Positions 51,314 to 64,000 of a stretch of 64,000 nt of DNA are shown here, in pieces. Numbering within the stretch: position 1 is the stretch's first letter; every line of letters starts with the position of its first letter. Source of the DNA: Escherichia coli (GTDB lineage Bacteria; Pseudomonadota; Gammaproteobacteria; Enterobacterales; Enterobacteriaceae). Where the stretch lies: NCBI RefSeq assembly GCF_003334355.1, contig NZ_QOWP01000001.1; one strand, written 5' to 3'. The notes under the pieces were generated by a model, which was given only the letters and a program-made list of their open reading frames with translations, was not told the origin of the DNA and ran no database searches. The translations under genes and the position numbers were made by a program.

Positions 51314-52246
51314 TTAACCAAACTCACGCAGGCGATGGGCCATTTTACGGAAGAACGAATCCTGGCTTTCGTCGCGATCTTGTTTGCCAGTGACCACCAC
51401 TGTAGCAGTGGTGCCCGCAGGCCAGATGTTCTCTTGCTGGTTGTCGAGACGAATACGAACCGGAACACGTTGCGCCAAACGCACCCATTCAAGGTTAGAG
51501 TCGATGGTCGCCATCCCTTTGTCGTCACGCGTGCTGCTGGCGTTGGTGACCCCTGCGGCAACACTATCAACAGTCCCTTTCAGCACTTTGTTACTGCCAA
51601 GCGGCGTGATCTCCGCACGATACCCAGGGCGCACCCCTTCCAGCTTAGTTTCTTCCATATAGGCCAGTACATAGAAAGAGTTCTGTTTCACCAGCGCAAC
51701 CGCCGTTGATCCACGAGTAATAAACTCACCGGTATAGACGTTGAGGTTGGTCACCCAGCCATCCGCTGGCGCGCGGATCACCGTGCGTTCAAGATCCAGT
51801 TTTGCCAGATCGCGGGTCGCCTGCGCTTTCGCTAACTGATGCAGAACCGTTTGTAGTACGTTGTTGGCCTGGTCGATCTCTTCGCGAGACATCGCCTGCA
51901 CACCGAGACGGTTACGACGTCCGGCCTCCTGGCGTTTCTCCTGTGCCAGTACCTGATAATAAGCAACATCGGCTTGCGCTTCCTCAAGCGCCTTTTGATA
52001 GCGCGGCTGGTCGATGGTGAACAGTACCTGTCCTTTTTTCACCAGCTGGTTATCATGAACATTCACCTGGGTAATGAGTCCAGAAACGTCCGGCGCGATC
52101 GCAACGACGTCAGCGCTAAAGCGCGCGTCACGCGTCCACGGGGATTCGGTGTAATAGACCCAGGCATTAAAAATTGCGATGAAGGCCAGAATGACTAATA
52201 CGACCGTGATGGCCGTACGGGAGAATTTTCTTATTAGTGTTTTCAC
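51314..52246 (-). CDS. aaeA: p-Hydroxybenzoic acid efflux pump membrane-fusion subunit AaeA
   Basis: 310-aa ORF with N-terminal anchor and HlyD-like coiled coil. Confidence 0.92.
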
Positions 52247-52253
52247 TTCAACC

Positions 52254-52457
52254 TCAAACGAACAGTCGCGATATCAAATAAAACAAGCAGCAATAGAGTG
52301 CGGTGTTGAACAACGCCGGATGCCAGACAAAGTCGTAGATACCTGTTGGCACAAGTACCCGGCGCACCAGCCAGAAAATCGCCAGTGATAAAAGCAATTC
52401 GAAAAATATCGGTGGGAAGGACAGCCCAAACACCACGATAACGGGAAACAGACTCAT
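52254..52457 (-). CDS. aaeX: Small membrane protein AaeX
   Basis: Track ORF trimmed to [35 protein letters not shown]... (67 aa). Confidence 0.85.
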
Positions 52458-52639
52458 GTTGACCTTGGTTGTATAGAGAGAGCAGGCGTTATTATTTTCA
52501 GCATCTGTCGCCGCAGAGAAGGGCATGGAAAGCCGGGCGAGAGCAACATTGCTGTAGATTGATATTTAATATATTAGCGTAACTGTTATGCTGTTATCTA
52601 TATTATGTGATCTAAATCACTTTTAAGTCAGAGTGAATA

Positions 52640-53569
52640 ATGGAACGACTAAAACGCATGTCGGTGTTTGCCAAAGTAGTTGAATTTGGCTCTTTTACCG
52701 CCGCCGCCAGACAGCTACAGATGAGCGTTTCGTCCATCAGTCAGACGGTGTCAAAACTGGAAGATGAGTTACAGGTAAAGCTATTAAACCGTAGTACACG
52801 CAGCATTGGTCTGACTGAAGCCGGCAGAATTTACTACCAGGGCTGCCGTCGGATGCTCCATGAAGTGCAGGATGTTCATGAGCAACTGTATGCCTTCAAT
52901 AACACCCCCATCGGGACGCTGCGCATTGGCTGTTCTTCAACTATGGCACAAAATGTTCTCGCCGGGCTGACAGCAAAAATGCTGAAAGAATACCCAGGTT
53001 TGAGCGTCAATCTGGTTACCGGAATTCCTGCCCCCGACCTGATTGCCGATGGTCTGGATGTGGTAATCCGCGTCGGCGCGTTGCAGGATTCCAGCCTGTT
53101 TTCCCGCCGTCTGGGCGCGATGCCGATGGTGGTGTGCGCCGCGAAAAGCTATCTCACACAATACGGCATACCGGAAAAACCCGCCGATTTGAGTAGTCAT
53201 TCATGGCTTGAATACAGCGTGCGGCCCGACAATGAATTTGAACTGATTGCACCGGAAGGGATCTCGACTCGCCTGATCCCGCAAGGGAGATTTGTGACTA
53301 ATGATCCGATGACGCTGGTGCGCTGGCTAACGGCGGGTGCCGGGATCGCCTATGTGCCGCTGATGTGGGTGATCAACGAGATCAATCGTGGGGAGCTGGA
53401 GATCCTGCTGCCGCGTTATCAGTCAGATCCACGCCCGGTTTATGCGTTATATACCGAAAAAGATAAGCTGCCGCTGAAGGTACAGGTCGTGATCAACTCG
53501 CTGACGGATTATTTTGTTGAGGTCGGTAAATTGTTTCAGGAGATGCACGGGCGCGGGAAAGAGAAGTAA
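52640..53569 (+). CDS. aaeR: LysR-family activator of aaeXAB
   Basis: 309-aa ORF MERLKRMSVFAKVVEFGSFTAAARQLQMSVSSISQTVSKLEDELQVKLLNRSTRS..., LysR HTH; divergent from aaeX. Confidence 0.93.
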   Translation: MERLKRMSVFAKVVEFGSFTAAARQLQMSVSSISQTVSKLEDELQVKLLNRSTRSIGLTEAGRIYYQGCRRMLHEVQDVHEQLYAFNNTPIGTLRIGCSSTMAQNVLAGLTAKMLKEYPGLSVNLVTGIPAPDLIADGLDVVIRVGALQDSSLFSRRLGAMPMVVCAAKSYLTQYGIPEKPADLSSHSWLEYSVRPDNEFELIAPEGISTRLIPQGRFVTNDPMTLVRWLTAGAGIAYVPLMWVINEINRGELEILLPRYQSDPRPVYALYTEKDKLPLKVQVVINSLTDYFVEVGKLFQEMHGRGKEK

Positions 53570-53610
53570 TTCATATTGTACTGTTACGTTGTACAAACCT
53601 GTGCCAACGG

Positions 53611-53650
53611 GTTCCCCTCACCCTAACCCCAGAGGAGCGAGGGGACCGTT
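53611..53650. repeat. GC-rich palindromic intergenic repeat (Box C-like), second copy
   Basis: gttcccctcaccctaaccccagaggagcgaggggaccg between convergent aaeR and tldD; homologous to 35764-35798. Confidence 0.5.
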
Positions 53651-53696
53651 CGTGCACGTAGAAAGATTAATTATCCTTCTGAAAATACTGAAATTA

Positions 53697-55157
<1,461 letters not shown>

Positions 55158-55185
55158 TTAGTTACTGCAGTAGAGGATTTTTTAC

Positions 55186-55412
55186 GGCTGCCGGATGCGG
55201 CGTGAACGCCCTATCCAGCCTACGGTTATGTTCCGGTTTGTAGGCCTGATAAGACGCACAGCGTCGCATCAGGCAACGGCTGTCGGATGCGGCGTAAACG
55301 CCTTATCCGACCTACGGTTATGTTCCGTTTGTAGGCCTGATAAGACGCACAGCGTCGCATCAGGCAACGGCTGCCGGATGCGGCGTGAACGCCCTATCCG
55401 ACCTACGGTTAT
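55186..55412. repeat. BIME: cluster of about five alternating REP (PU) units
   Basis: Repeated gccggatgcggcgtgaacgcc(c/t)tatcc and tgtaggcctgataagacgcacagcgtcgcatcaggc blocks with a roughly 120-bp super-period between yhdP and tldD. Confidence 0.85.
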
Positions 55413-55480
55413 GTTCTGGCTCGTTGGCCTTTGGCAACGATTATCCTATGAGATTGGGGCAATTACGCGCCCTCGTCAAA

Positions 55481-58400
55481 TCATTGCGCTTTTTCTTTAC
55501 GCGGTTGGCGCAACACTTCGTTGATTTGCGGATCGTCCAGCGGACCCGAAATGTGATAGCGCAAAATGGAGACTTTGCTCCACAGCGGCCCCAGCACTTT
55601 ACTGGCGGCAAACACTGCCGCGCCAACAATGGGGTTAACCGCAAAAGCCGCAGCCACGCCCACCGTCGCAGAAATCTCTGGTGCGACAACCGCTTCCATA
55701 TTCAGGTCGCGACGTACCAGATTTACCGACCCTTTCATGGCGATATCCGCCTCCAGGCCATCCACCAGCGTGTCGTCGGTGTGCATAACGCCGTCTTTAA
55801 TCCACGCGGTGCTGCGAATGGAGTCAAAATAGAACCCTTCGCCAAAAGTGTCTCTGAAATCAAAACGCAGCTTACGCATCAGGGCATCTACGCTCAATAA
55901 GCGCAGCAATTGCCCGGCATGTCCGGTATTGATTTCGGTAATTTCGCCTTTACCCAGTTGAGTATGAATGATGCCATTCAACGTCGCCTCATCTGGCTGC
56001 CACGGTGCTTTACGCCAGTGTAAATCGTAATCCACATTAAATGACGACTGCCGTATGGGCGTCGTGACACCAAAAAATTCTGCGGCGGCATCAATTTTCT
56101 GCCCGCGCAGTTTTCCTTTCAGCGAGGTACGTTCATTCCCCGGATTATTAACCCATTCACCATCGGCAGTAAGCCGCGAGAAACCAGTATCAATCAGTCC
56201 ATTGGTCAGCGTTAATGTATCGCCAGAAATGGTGAGATCACTGTCAATACGACCGAATTTTTGCCCCCAGAACCAGCACTCTGCGCATCGTATTTGTGCG
56301 TTCGGCCAGCCACGGAAGTTAATGCGCTCCGTTGTCGGGAAAGGTGATGACGGCGTTGAATCACCACGAGTTTTCGCCACGCTCGGGTTGTAATAAAGAT
56401 ATTTGATATTCGCCAGCCACGGCGCGTTATTACGCATCGCCAGCGTGGCGTTGATTTCACGCCCTTGCGCCTCAACCTGGGTGCCATTTGCCGTCGGTTG
56501 CGAAACAATACTCAGGTTATTCCATTGCTGATTTCCCAGCGACAACATAGGCGTACGTAACGTTATGTGTTGTGGGAAACTCGCTGCACCACCGACACTC
56601 TCCGCCGCACCTTTCTGAAACAGGGCCAGCCACTCGGCACCATTCATCGGCGGCATATTGAGTTCAACACCACTTTGTTCCGGCAACGGCGGGAGCGTTT
56701 TACTGTCTGCCGCCCAAATAGCACGGTCGAGCGTCAGCTTTTGACCGAGCAACCAGCGGCTATTGAAATGGTTATCCGCACCAGCCTGTCCGGTTAAATC
56801 AAAGCTGTTGAGATTGCCATCAACCTTAACGTTTACCGGCAGTGGTTCACCCGCAGGTTTGGCTAACGGTGAAGGTAAGTGACTGCTCACATTCTTCAAA
56901 TCGCCGTTTAGCTCTACGTTATACGTCGCGCCAGCATGATAAGGCAGAACAATGCCCACTTTACCATCCCACGCCACGCTGCCACTCAATGCTTCGTTCA
57001 CCGCTGCAGGCAGAACGCCGGTTTTCGCCGGTTGCCAGTTACCGTTGAGGTTTACCGCTACCTGGTAGGCTTTTGCCCCTTCTTTGGTGGAAAAATCCAC
57101 GTTCAACGGCTGATTAAACCAGCTTGCTGTCAGTGGTTCACTTTGCAGATCGCCATTGATAAAGCTGAATTTACCGCTCAAATTTTTCAGGGTGCTGGCG
57201 AGTGGTTTGATAAACAGACTGTTATTACGCAGCGTCACTTCACCTTTCGCGGTTACCAGCTCGCCGTTCAGCGGGATATCAAGATGTAAGCGAGCATTCA
57301 CATCGCCGTCGAGCTGGAGTTCTTGCAGGGTCGCACCCAGAGAATCTTTCAGCGGTGTCTCATCAAAGTAAGGGCCAACGGCTTTACCCGGACCTTTAAT
57401 GTCAGCGTCAATCAGCAGTTTTTCTTTTGAGTAGTCAGGGATCACTGCGGTAAGATTACTCGCGCGCACGCCGCCCAGATTAACGCCATCGGTTTTCATC
57501 CATAAACCGTCGTTAATAAAGTCCAGTTCAATATCAAGGTTAGTTAATGCAGGCCAGTCCGGCTGGAAGGCAAACTTCGCGTTGCGCAGCGGCACCAGCA
57601 CTTCAAACTGACCTTCGTTGTGTTTATAGGGGAAGAGTTGCGGATTGCCACCATAAACCAGCGTCGCGTTATCCGCTTCACCGCCCTGAATCGCGCCACT
57701 TAAGTAATCAACCAGGTCTTTACCCATCAAGTTTTCCGGGAAATAGCGCCAGGCTTGTGAACCATCATCGGTACTGATGCCAGCCAGAATACCCAGCCAG
57801 GGTTCATCGTTAGCAGGTTGCAGGTAACGAAAACCGCCGCGCGCATGGACGGCTTTGGCTTTAACGTCAATATTACGCCCATCCAGCTGGAAACCTTTGT
57901 TATTGTTCAGCCAGCTTATAGTTGCCTGGCCGTCGGCGATTTCTAGTGGCGCACGGAATACCGTTTCGTAAGGCATCTTTGCCTGCTTCATCGACGCGGT
58001 AAGCAAACCATTTTCAACGCTGCCGGAAAGCGTCCCGGAGAAGTGTTCCGCACCCGGTAATAATTTCCATTGCTTCCAGGCCAGATCGCTCCACGATGCC
58101 TGAAAACGGGTCTTGTCTGCCGCCTGAAGCGGGATATCCAGCGCCAGAGTGTTAATCTTGCCGCTCGGTTGTGTGGAGCGCCAAACATCACCCAGTGCAG
58201 GTGAAAGTTTCGCGGCCAGCGGGCGTATGCCCTCCAGGCCTGCCAGCTCCAGATTACTGGCGCGAATCCGGAGTTCGTCACTGCGTTTATTGTCTTTGCC
58301 GCCAACGTCCTGTTCCGGTATCCAGGCCAGCGTCAATGCTCCGCTCGGCCAGGGTTTGCCGTCCATCGTGATCCGTGTATCGGGAATAGAGAACTGCCAG

Positions 58401-59281
58401 CCCGGATTTTCACGCGTAATATGCGCGGTCAGATTATCCACCGACAGCGTATGCGTTTGCTTCTCGCCCAACCAGCTGGCACCGCCCTGTTTCAGCCAGA
58501 CGTCACCGCCGGTTACATCGCCTTTGTCGATCGTCATCCAGCCTTCAAGGGAGAACTGTGCCGTTTCCAGCGCAATATTGTCCTGCATCCATTTACCGAG
58601 CCACGGCTTCAGGTCGATGTCATCCGCCTGGAGCCAGACGCGACCATTGCTTAACAACCCCTCATCATCGCGCAAATCCATGCGCACCTGCATCACGCCG
58701 TGCTGTCCGGTAAGGCTGGAGAGGCTTACCAGACCTTCCGCACGGTGTCGACGTGGATCGTTCAGCCAGGTGAGTTGTGGGATCGCCAGCTCGGCGCGCT
58801 GACCGGATGGCGTCAGGAAACTGACTTCACTGTCGCGGAGATCGAAATGGTCAAATTGACGAAGAAACAGATCGCTGATGTGGCTGGCTTCCAGACTGTC
58901 ATCGCTACCACCGCTGGTGATAGGAGTGTTGGTGCGAAAGCGCAGCTGCCAGAAAGTGAGATCGCGAAACTGCCAGCGCATATGTAACAGGCTCTGCCAG
59001 ACATCCAGCGCCAGAGTAACGCGTTTAACCGAAAATTCGCCGCCATCTTTTAGTTCTGCACGGATGTCGTGTGCTTCAAGCGTCGGGCCAAAATTCTGCC
59101 AGCTGGCTGAGAGCTGACTGGCTTCAACCGGCATGCCAGTCGCGGATTCTATTTTGTTGAGGATTTCCGGACGCCAGGCGTCAAGATGCGGTAAAGCAAT
59201 ACGCAGGCCGCTAACCAGCAGGGCAGCGATCACAACGAGCGCGGCTCCAGTAAGCAGTAAAATCCCCGGCAATCGCCTCAC
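55481..59281 (-). CDS. yhdP: AsmA-like envelope lipid-transport protein YhdP
   Basis: 1266-aa ORF with N-terminal TM anchor MRRLPGILLLTGAALVVIAALLVSGL and long beta-rich body. Confidence 0.93.
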   Translation of the reverse strand: MRRLPGILLLTGAALVVIAALLVSGLRIALPHLDAWRPEILNKIESATGMPVEASQLSASWQNFGPTLEAHDIRAELKDGGEFSVKRVTLALDVWQSLLHMRWQFRDLTFWQLRFRTNTPITSGGSDDSLEASHISDLFLRQFDHFDLRDSEVSFLTPSGQRAELAIPQLTWLNDPRRHRAEGLVSLSSLTGQHGVMQVRMDLRDDEGLLSNGRVWLQADDIDLKPWLGKWMQDNIALETAQFSLEGWMTIDKGDVTGGDVWLKQGGASWLGEKQTHTLSVDNLTAHITRENPGWQFSIPDTRITMDGKPWPSGALTLAWIPEQDVGGKDNKRSDELRIRASNLELAGLEGIRPLAAKLSPALGDVWRSTQPSGKINTLALDIPLQAADKTRFQASWSDLAWKQWKLLPGAEHFSGTLSGSVENGLLTASMKQAKMPYETVFRAPLEIADGQATISWLNNNKGFQLDGRNIDVKAKAVHARGGFRYLQPANDEPWLGILAGISTDDGSQAWRYFPENLMGKDLVDYLSGAIQGGEADNATLVYGGNPQLFPYKHNEGQFEVLVPLRNAKFAFQPDWPALTNLDIELDFINDGLWMKTDGVNLGGVRASNLTAVIPDYSKEKLLIDADIKGPGKAVGPYFDETPLKDSLGATLQELQLDGDVNARLHLDIPLNGELVTAKGEVTLRNNSLFIKPLASTLKNLSGKFSFINGDLQSEPLTASWFNQPLNVDFSTKEGAKAYQVAVNLNGNWQPAKTGVLPAAVNEALSGSVAWDGKVGIVLPYHAGATYNVELNGDLKNVSSHLPSPLAKPAGEPLPVNVKVDGNLNSFDLTGQAGADNHFNSRWLLGQKLTLDRAIWAADSKTLPPLPEQSGVELNMPPMNGAEWLALFQKGAAESVGGAASFPQHITLRTPMLSLGNQQWNNLSIVSQPTANGTQVEAQGREINATLAMRNNAPWLANIKYLYYNPSVAKTRGDSTPSSPFPTTERINFRGWPNAQIRCAECWFWGQKFGRIDSDLTISGDTLTLTNGLIDTGFSRLTADGEWVNNPGNERTSLKGKLRGQKIDAAAEFFGVTTPIRQSSFNVDYDLHWRKAPWQPDEATLNGIIHTQLGKGEITEINTGHAGQLLRLLSVDALMRKLRFDFRDTFGEGFYFDSIRSTAWIKDGVMHTDDTLVDGLEADIAMKGSVNLVRRDLNMEAVVAPEISATVGVAAAFAVNPIVGAAVFAASKVLGPLWSKVSILRYHISGPLDDPQINEVLRQPRKEKAQ

Positions 59282-59348
59282 CCGTCACTCCTTGTCTGCT
59301 AAAAATGTGACTCAAAAACCCTTTGCCGGATGGCGGCCCAGCATCTGT

Positions 59349-60818
59349 TTACATCATTACGACGTCAAACTGCTCCTGGTTATAGAGCGGTTCAATTTGT
59401 ACTTTAACCTGTTTGCCAACGAAAATTTCCACTTCCGCCAGCGAGTGTGACTCTTCGCCTTTCAAGGCTTCGGCTACTGCCGGAGAAGCATAGACCAGGA
59501 AACGGTCGGAATCGTAAGCATGGTGGACACGAACAATCTCGCGCATGATTTCATAGCATACCGTTTCCACGGTTTTCACCGTTCCGCGACCGTGGCAGGT
59601 TGGGCATTCGTTACACAGTACGTGCTCAATGCTTTCGCGGGTGCGTTTACGCGTCATCTCCACCAGCCCCAGCGCCGAAAAACCATTAACGCTGGTTTTC
59701 ACCCGGTCTTTGCTCAACGCCTGCTCCAGCGAGTGCAGCACGCGGCGGCGGTGATCTTCATTATTCATATCGATGAAATCAATAATGATAATCCCGCCCA
59801 GATTACGCAACCGTAACTGGCGAGCGATAGCCTGCGTCGCTTCAATATTGGTATTGAAAATGGTGTCGTCCAGATTGCGATGACCGACAAACGCTCCGGT
59901 ATTGATGTCCACGGTGGTCATCGCTTCGGTCTGGTCGATAATCAGATAACCACCGGATTTCAGTTCTACTTTGCGTTCCAGCGCTCGCTGGATTTCGTTT
60001 TCGACATCAAAGAGATCGAAAATCGGCTGGCGTCCGGTGTAATGCTCCAGCTTGCTGGTCATCTCGGGAATGTACTCCGAGGTAAACTCCAGCAATGCTT
60101 CGTAAGTCAGGCGTGAGTCAACGCGAATGCGGTCCAGTTCGGCGTCGGCGAAATCACGCAGAACACGCTGCGCCAGCGCCAGTTCGCCGTACAGCTGATA
60201 ACGGGTCTGCGGGCGTTTTTTACGCTCCATAACTTTGGTCCAGACGCGTTTCAGATAAGCGGCATCGGAGGCCAGTTCAGCCTCGCCAACCCCTTCCGCT
60301 GCGGTACGGATGATAAACCCGCCCTGCTCGTCGCAATACTCTGCGACCACTTTTTTCAGGCGTTCACGTTCTGATTCGCTTTCAATACGTTGGGAAACCC
60401 CAACGTGAGAAGCCCCTGGCATAAACACCAGATAGCGAGAAGGCAGCGTGATATCGGTGGTCAGGCGCGCACCTTTAGTGCCAAGCGGATCTTTCACCAC
60501 CTGCACCATCAGATCTTGCCCCTGACGAACCAGTTCCGAGATGTCGCGCACCGTGAATTGCTTTTGTTCTTCACCCGCCACACATTCGGTGTGCGGCATG
60601 ATGTCAGATGCATGAAGAAACGCGGCTTTATCCAGCCCAATATCTACAAAAGCCGCCTGCATACCCGGAAGTACACGACTTACACGACCCTTGTAGATAT
60701 TGCCTACTATTCCGCGTCGCGCCTCACGTTCAATATGAATTTCCTGCAGAATACCGCCATCAATATACGCCACTCGCGTTTCCGAAGGCGTTACGTTTAC
60801 TAACAATTCAGCCGTCAT
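59349..60818 (-). CDS. rng: Ribonuclease G
   Basis: Track ORF trimmed to [52 protein letters not shown]... (489 aa). Confidence 0.96.
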
Positions 60819-61401
60819 GTTTATCCCTTTTCTCACGCAGTGCGTTAAAATTACTTAATAATTCATACGTTTCAACCAGCGGTAAGCCGACTACGGCGTG
60901 ATAGCTGCCATTTATCTTCCTGACAAAACAGCCACCCAGCCCCTGAATACCGTATGCACCTGCTTTATCTAACGGTTCACCGCTGGCGACATAGCCCGCG
61001 ATGTCTTCGTCTGTTAACGTTCTGAAAGTCACATCGGTGACCACCAGGCAATCGAGAATGTGCTGGCTGTCAGCCAACGCCACTGCCGTCATCACCTGAT
61101 GGGTCTGACCCGATAATTTGCGCAACATCTGCGCCGCATGCTCTGCGTCGCGCGGTTTCTCCAGCACTTCTCCGTTCAGGATAACGATAGTATCCGCACC
61201 CAGCACCGGGAGATCCTGCGCCGTTTGCGCGACACCCGCTTGTGCTTTCTCGCGTGCCAGACGCACAACATACTGCTGCGCGCTCTCCTGCGGCTGACGC
61301 TGCTCCTCAATGCCCGTAACAATACGTTCAAAGGTCACGCCAAGTTGCGCAAGTAACTCCTGACGACGCGGAGAACCGGAAGCTAAATACAGAGAAGTCA
61401 T
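60808..61401 (-). CDS. yhdE: Maf-family nucleoside triphosphate pyrophosphatase
   Basis: 197-aa [25 protein letters not shown]...; overlaps the rng start by 11 nt. Confidence 0.94.
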   Translation of the reverse strand: MTSLYLASGSPRRQELLAQLGVTFERIVTGIEEQRQPQESAQQYVVRLAREKAQAGVAQTAQDLPVLGADTIVILNGEVLEKPRDAEHAAQMLRKLSGQTHQVMTAVALADSQHILDCLVVTDVTFRTLTDEDIAGYVASGEPLDKAGAYGIQGLGGCFVRKINGSYHAVVGLPLVETYELLSNFNALREKRDKHDG

Positions 61402-61409
61402 AGAAACCT

Positions 61410-63001
<1,592 letters not shown>

Positions 63002-63066
63002 AAGTTATGCGTATTCTCGTATCAGACCAGGCAGGGTAAACAGACGCTTCCCCTGCCTGCATCCGA

Positions 63067-64000
<934 letters not shown>

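Noticed and set aside
55195-55900. ORFs of 109 and 171 aa running through the BIME and into yhdP
   Set aside because: They are composed of REP-unit sequence or lie antisense to the yhdP 3' end; repeat-derived, with no RBS.

Overview
This window reads as a contiguous, K-12-like Escherichia coli chromosomal segment running from the 3' part of dacB to the 3' part of mreB. Gene identities come from reading the six-frame translations against remembered E. coli proteins; no database search was run. I call 63 protein-coding genes, almost all core housekeeping loci in the order I recall for K-12: obgE-yhbE-rpmA-rplU, ispB, sfsB, murA-ibaG-mlaBCDEF, yrbG-kdsDC-lptCAB-rpoN-hpf-ptsN-rapZ-npr, yrbL, mtgA, elbB, arcB, yhcC, gltBD, yhcH-nanKETA-nanR, dcuD, sspAB, rpsI-rplM, zapE, zapG, degQ, degS, mdh, argR, yhcN, yhcO, aaeXAB-aaeR, tldD, yhdP, rng-yhdE-mreDCB. 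Many track ORFs carry 5' extensions; I trimmed starts to internal ATGs that give the protein lengths I remember. Non-coding features supported by the sequence are the ArcZ sRNA, a PhoP box before yrbL, the NanR GGTATA operator, ARG boxes before argR, several intrinsic terminators, REP/BIME elements and two copies of a GC-rich palindromic repeat. The one region that departs from the K-12 layout lies between gltD and yhcH (about 31075-32134). There the gltF-yhcADEF block I expect is absent, a DUF1016/YhcG-like gene is reduced to an N-terminal fragment, three tandem palindromic units sit in-frame at a 39-bp period, and an AT-rich segment carries an orphan 101-codon ORF with a near-consensus sigma70 promoter and a strong ribosome-binding site. 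That islet is the best candidate for something undescribed, but it is a small orphan gene with unusual upstream DNA structure, not a demonstrable multi-gene system. No integrase, transposase, phage genes, CRISPR array, tRNA or rRNA were seen.
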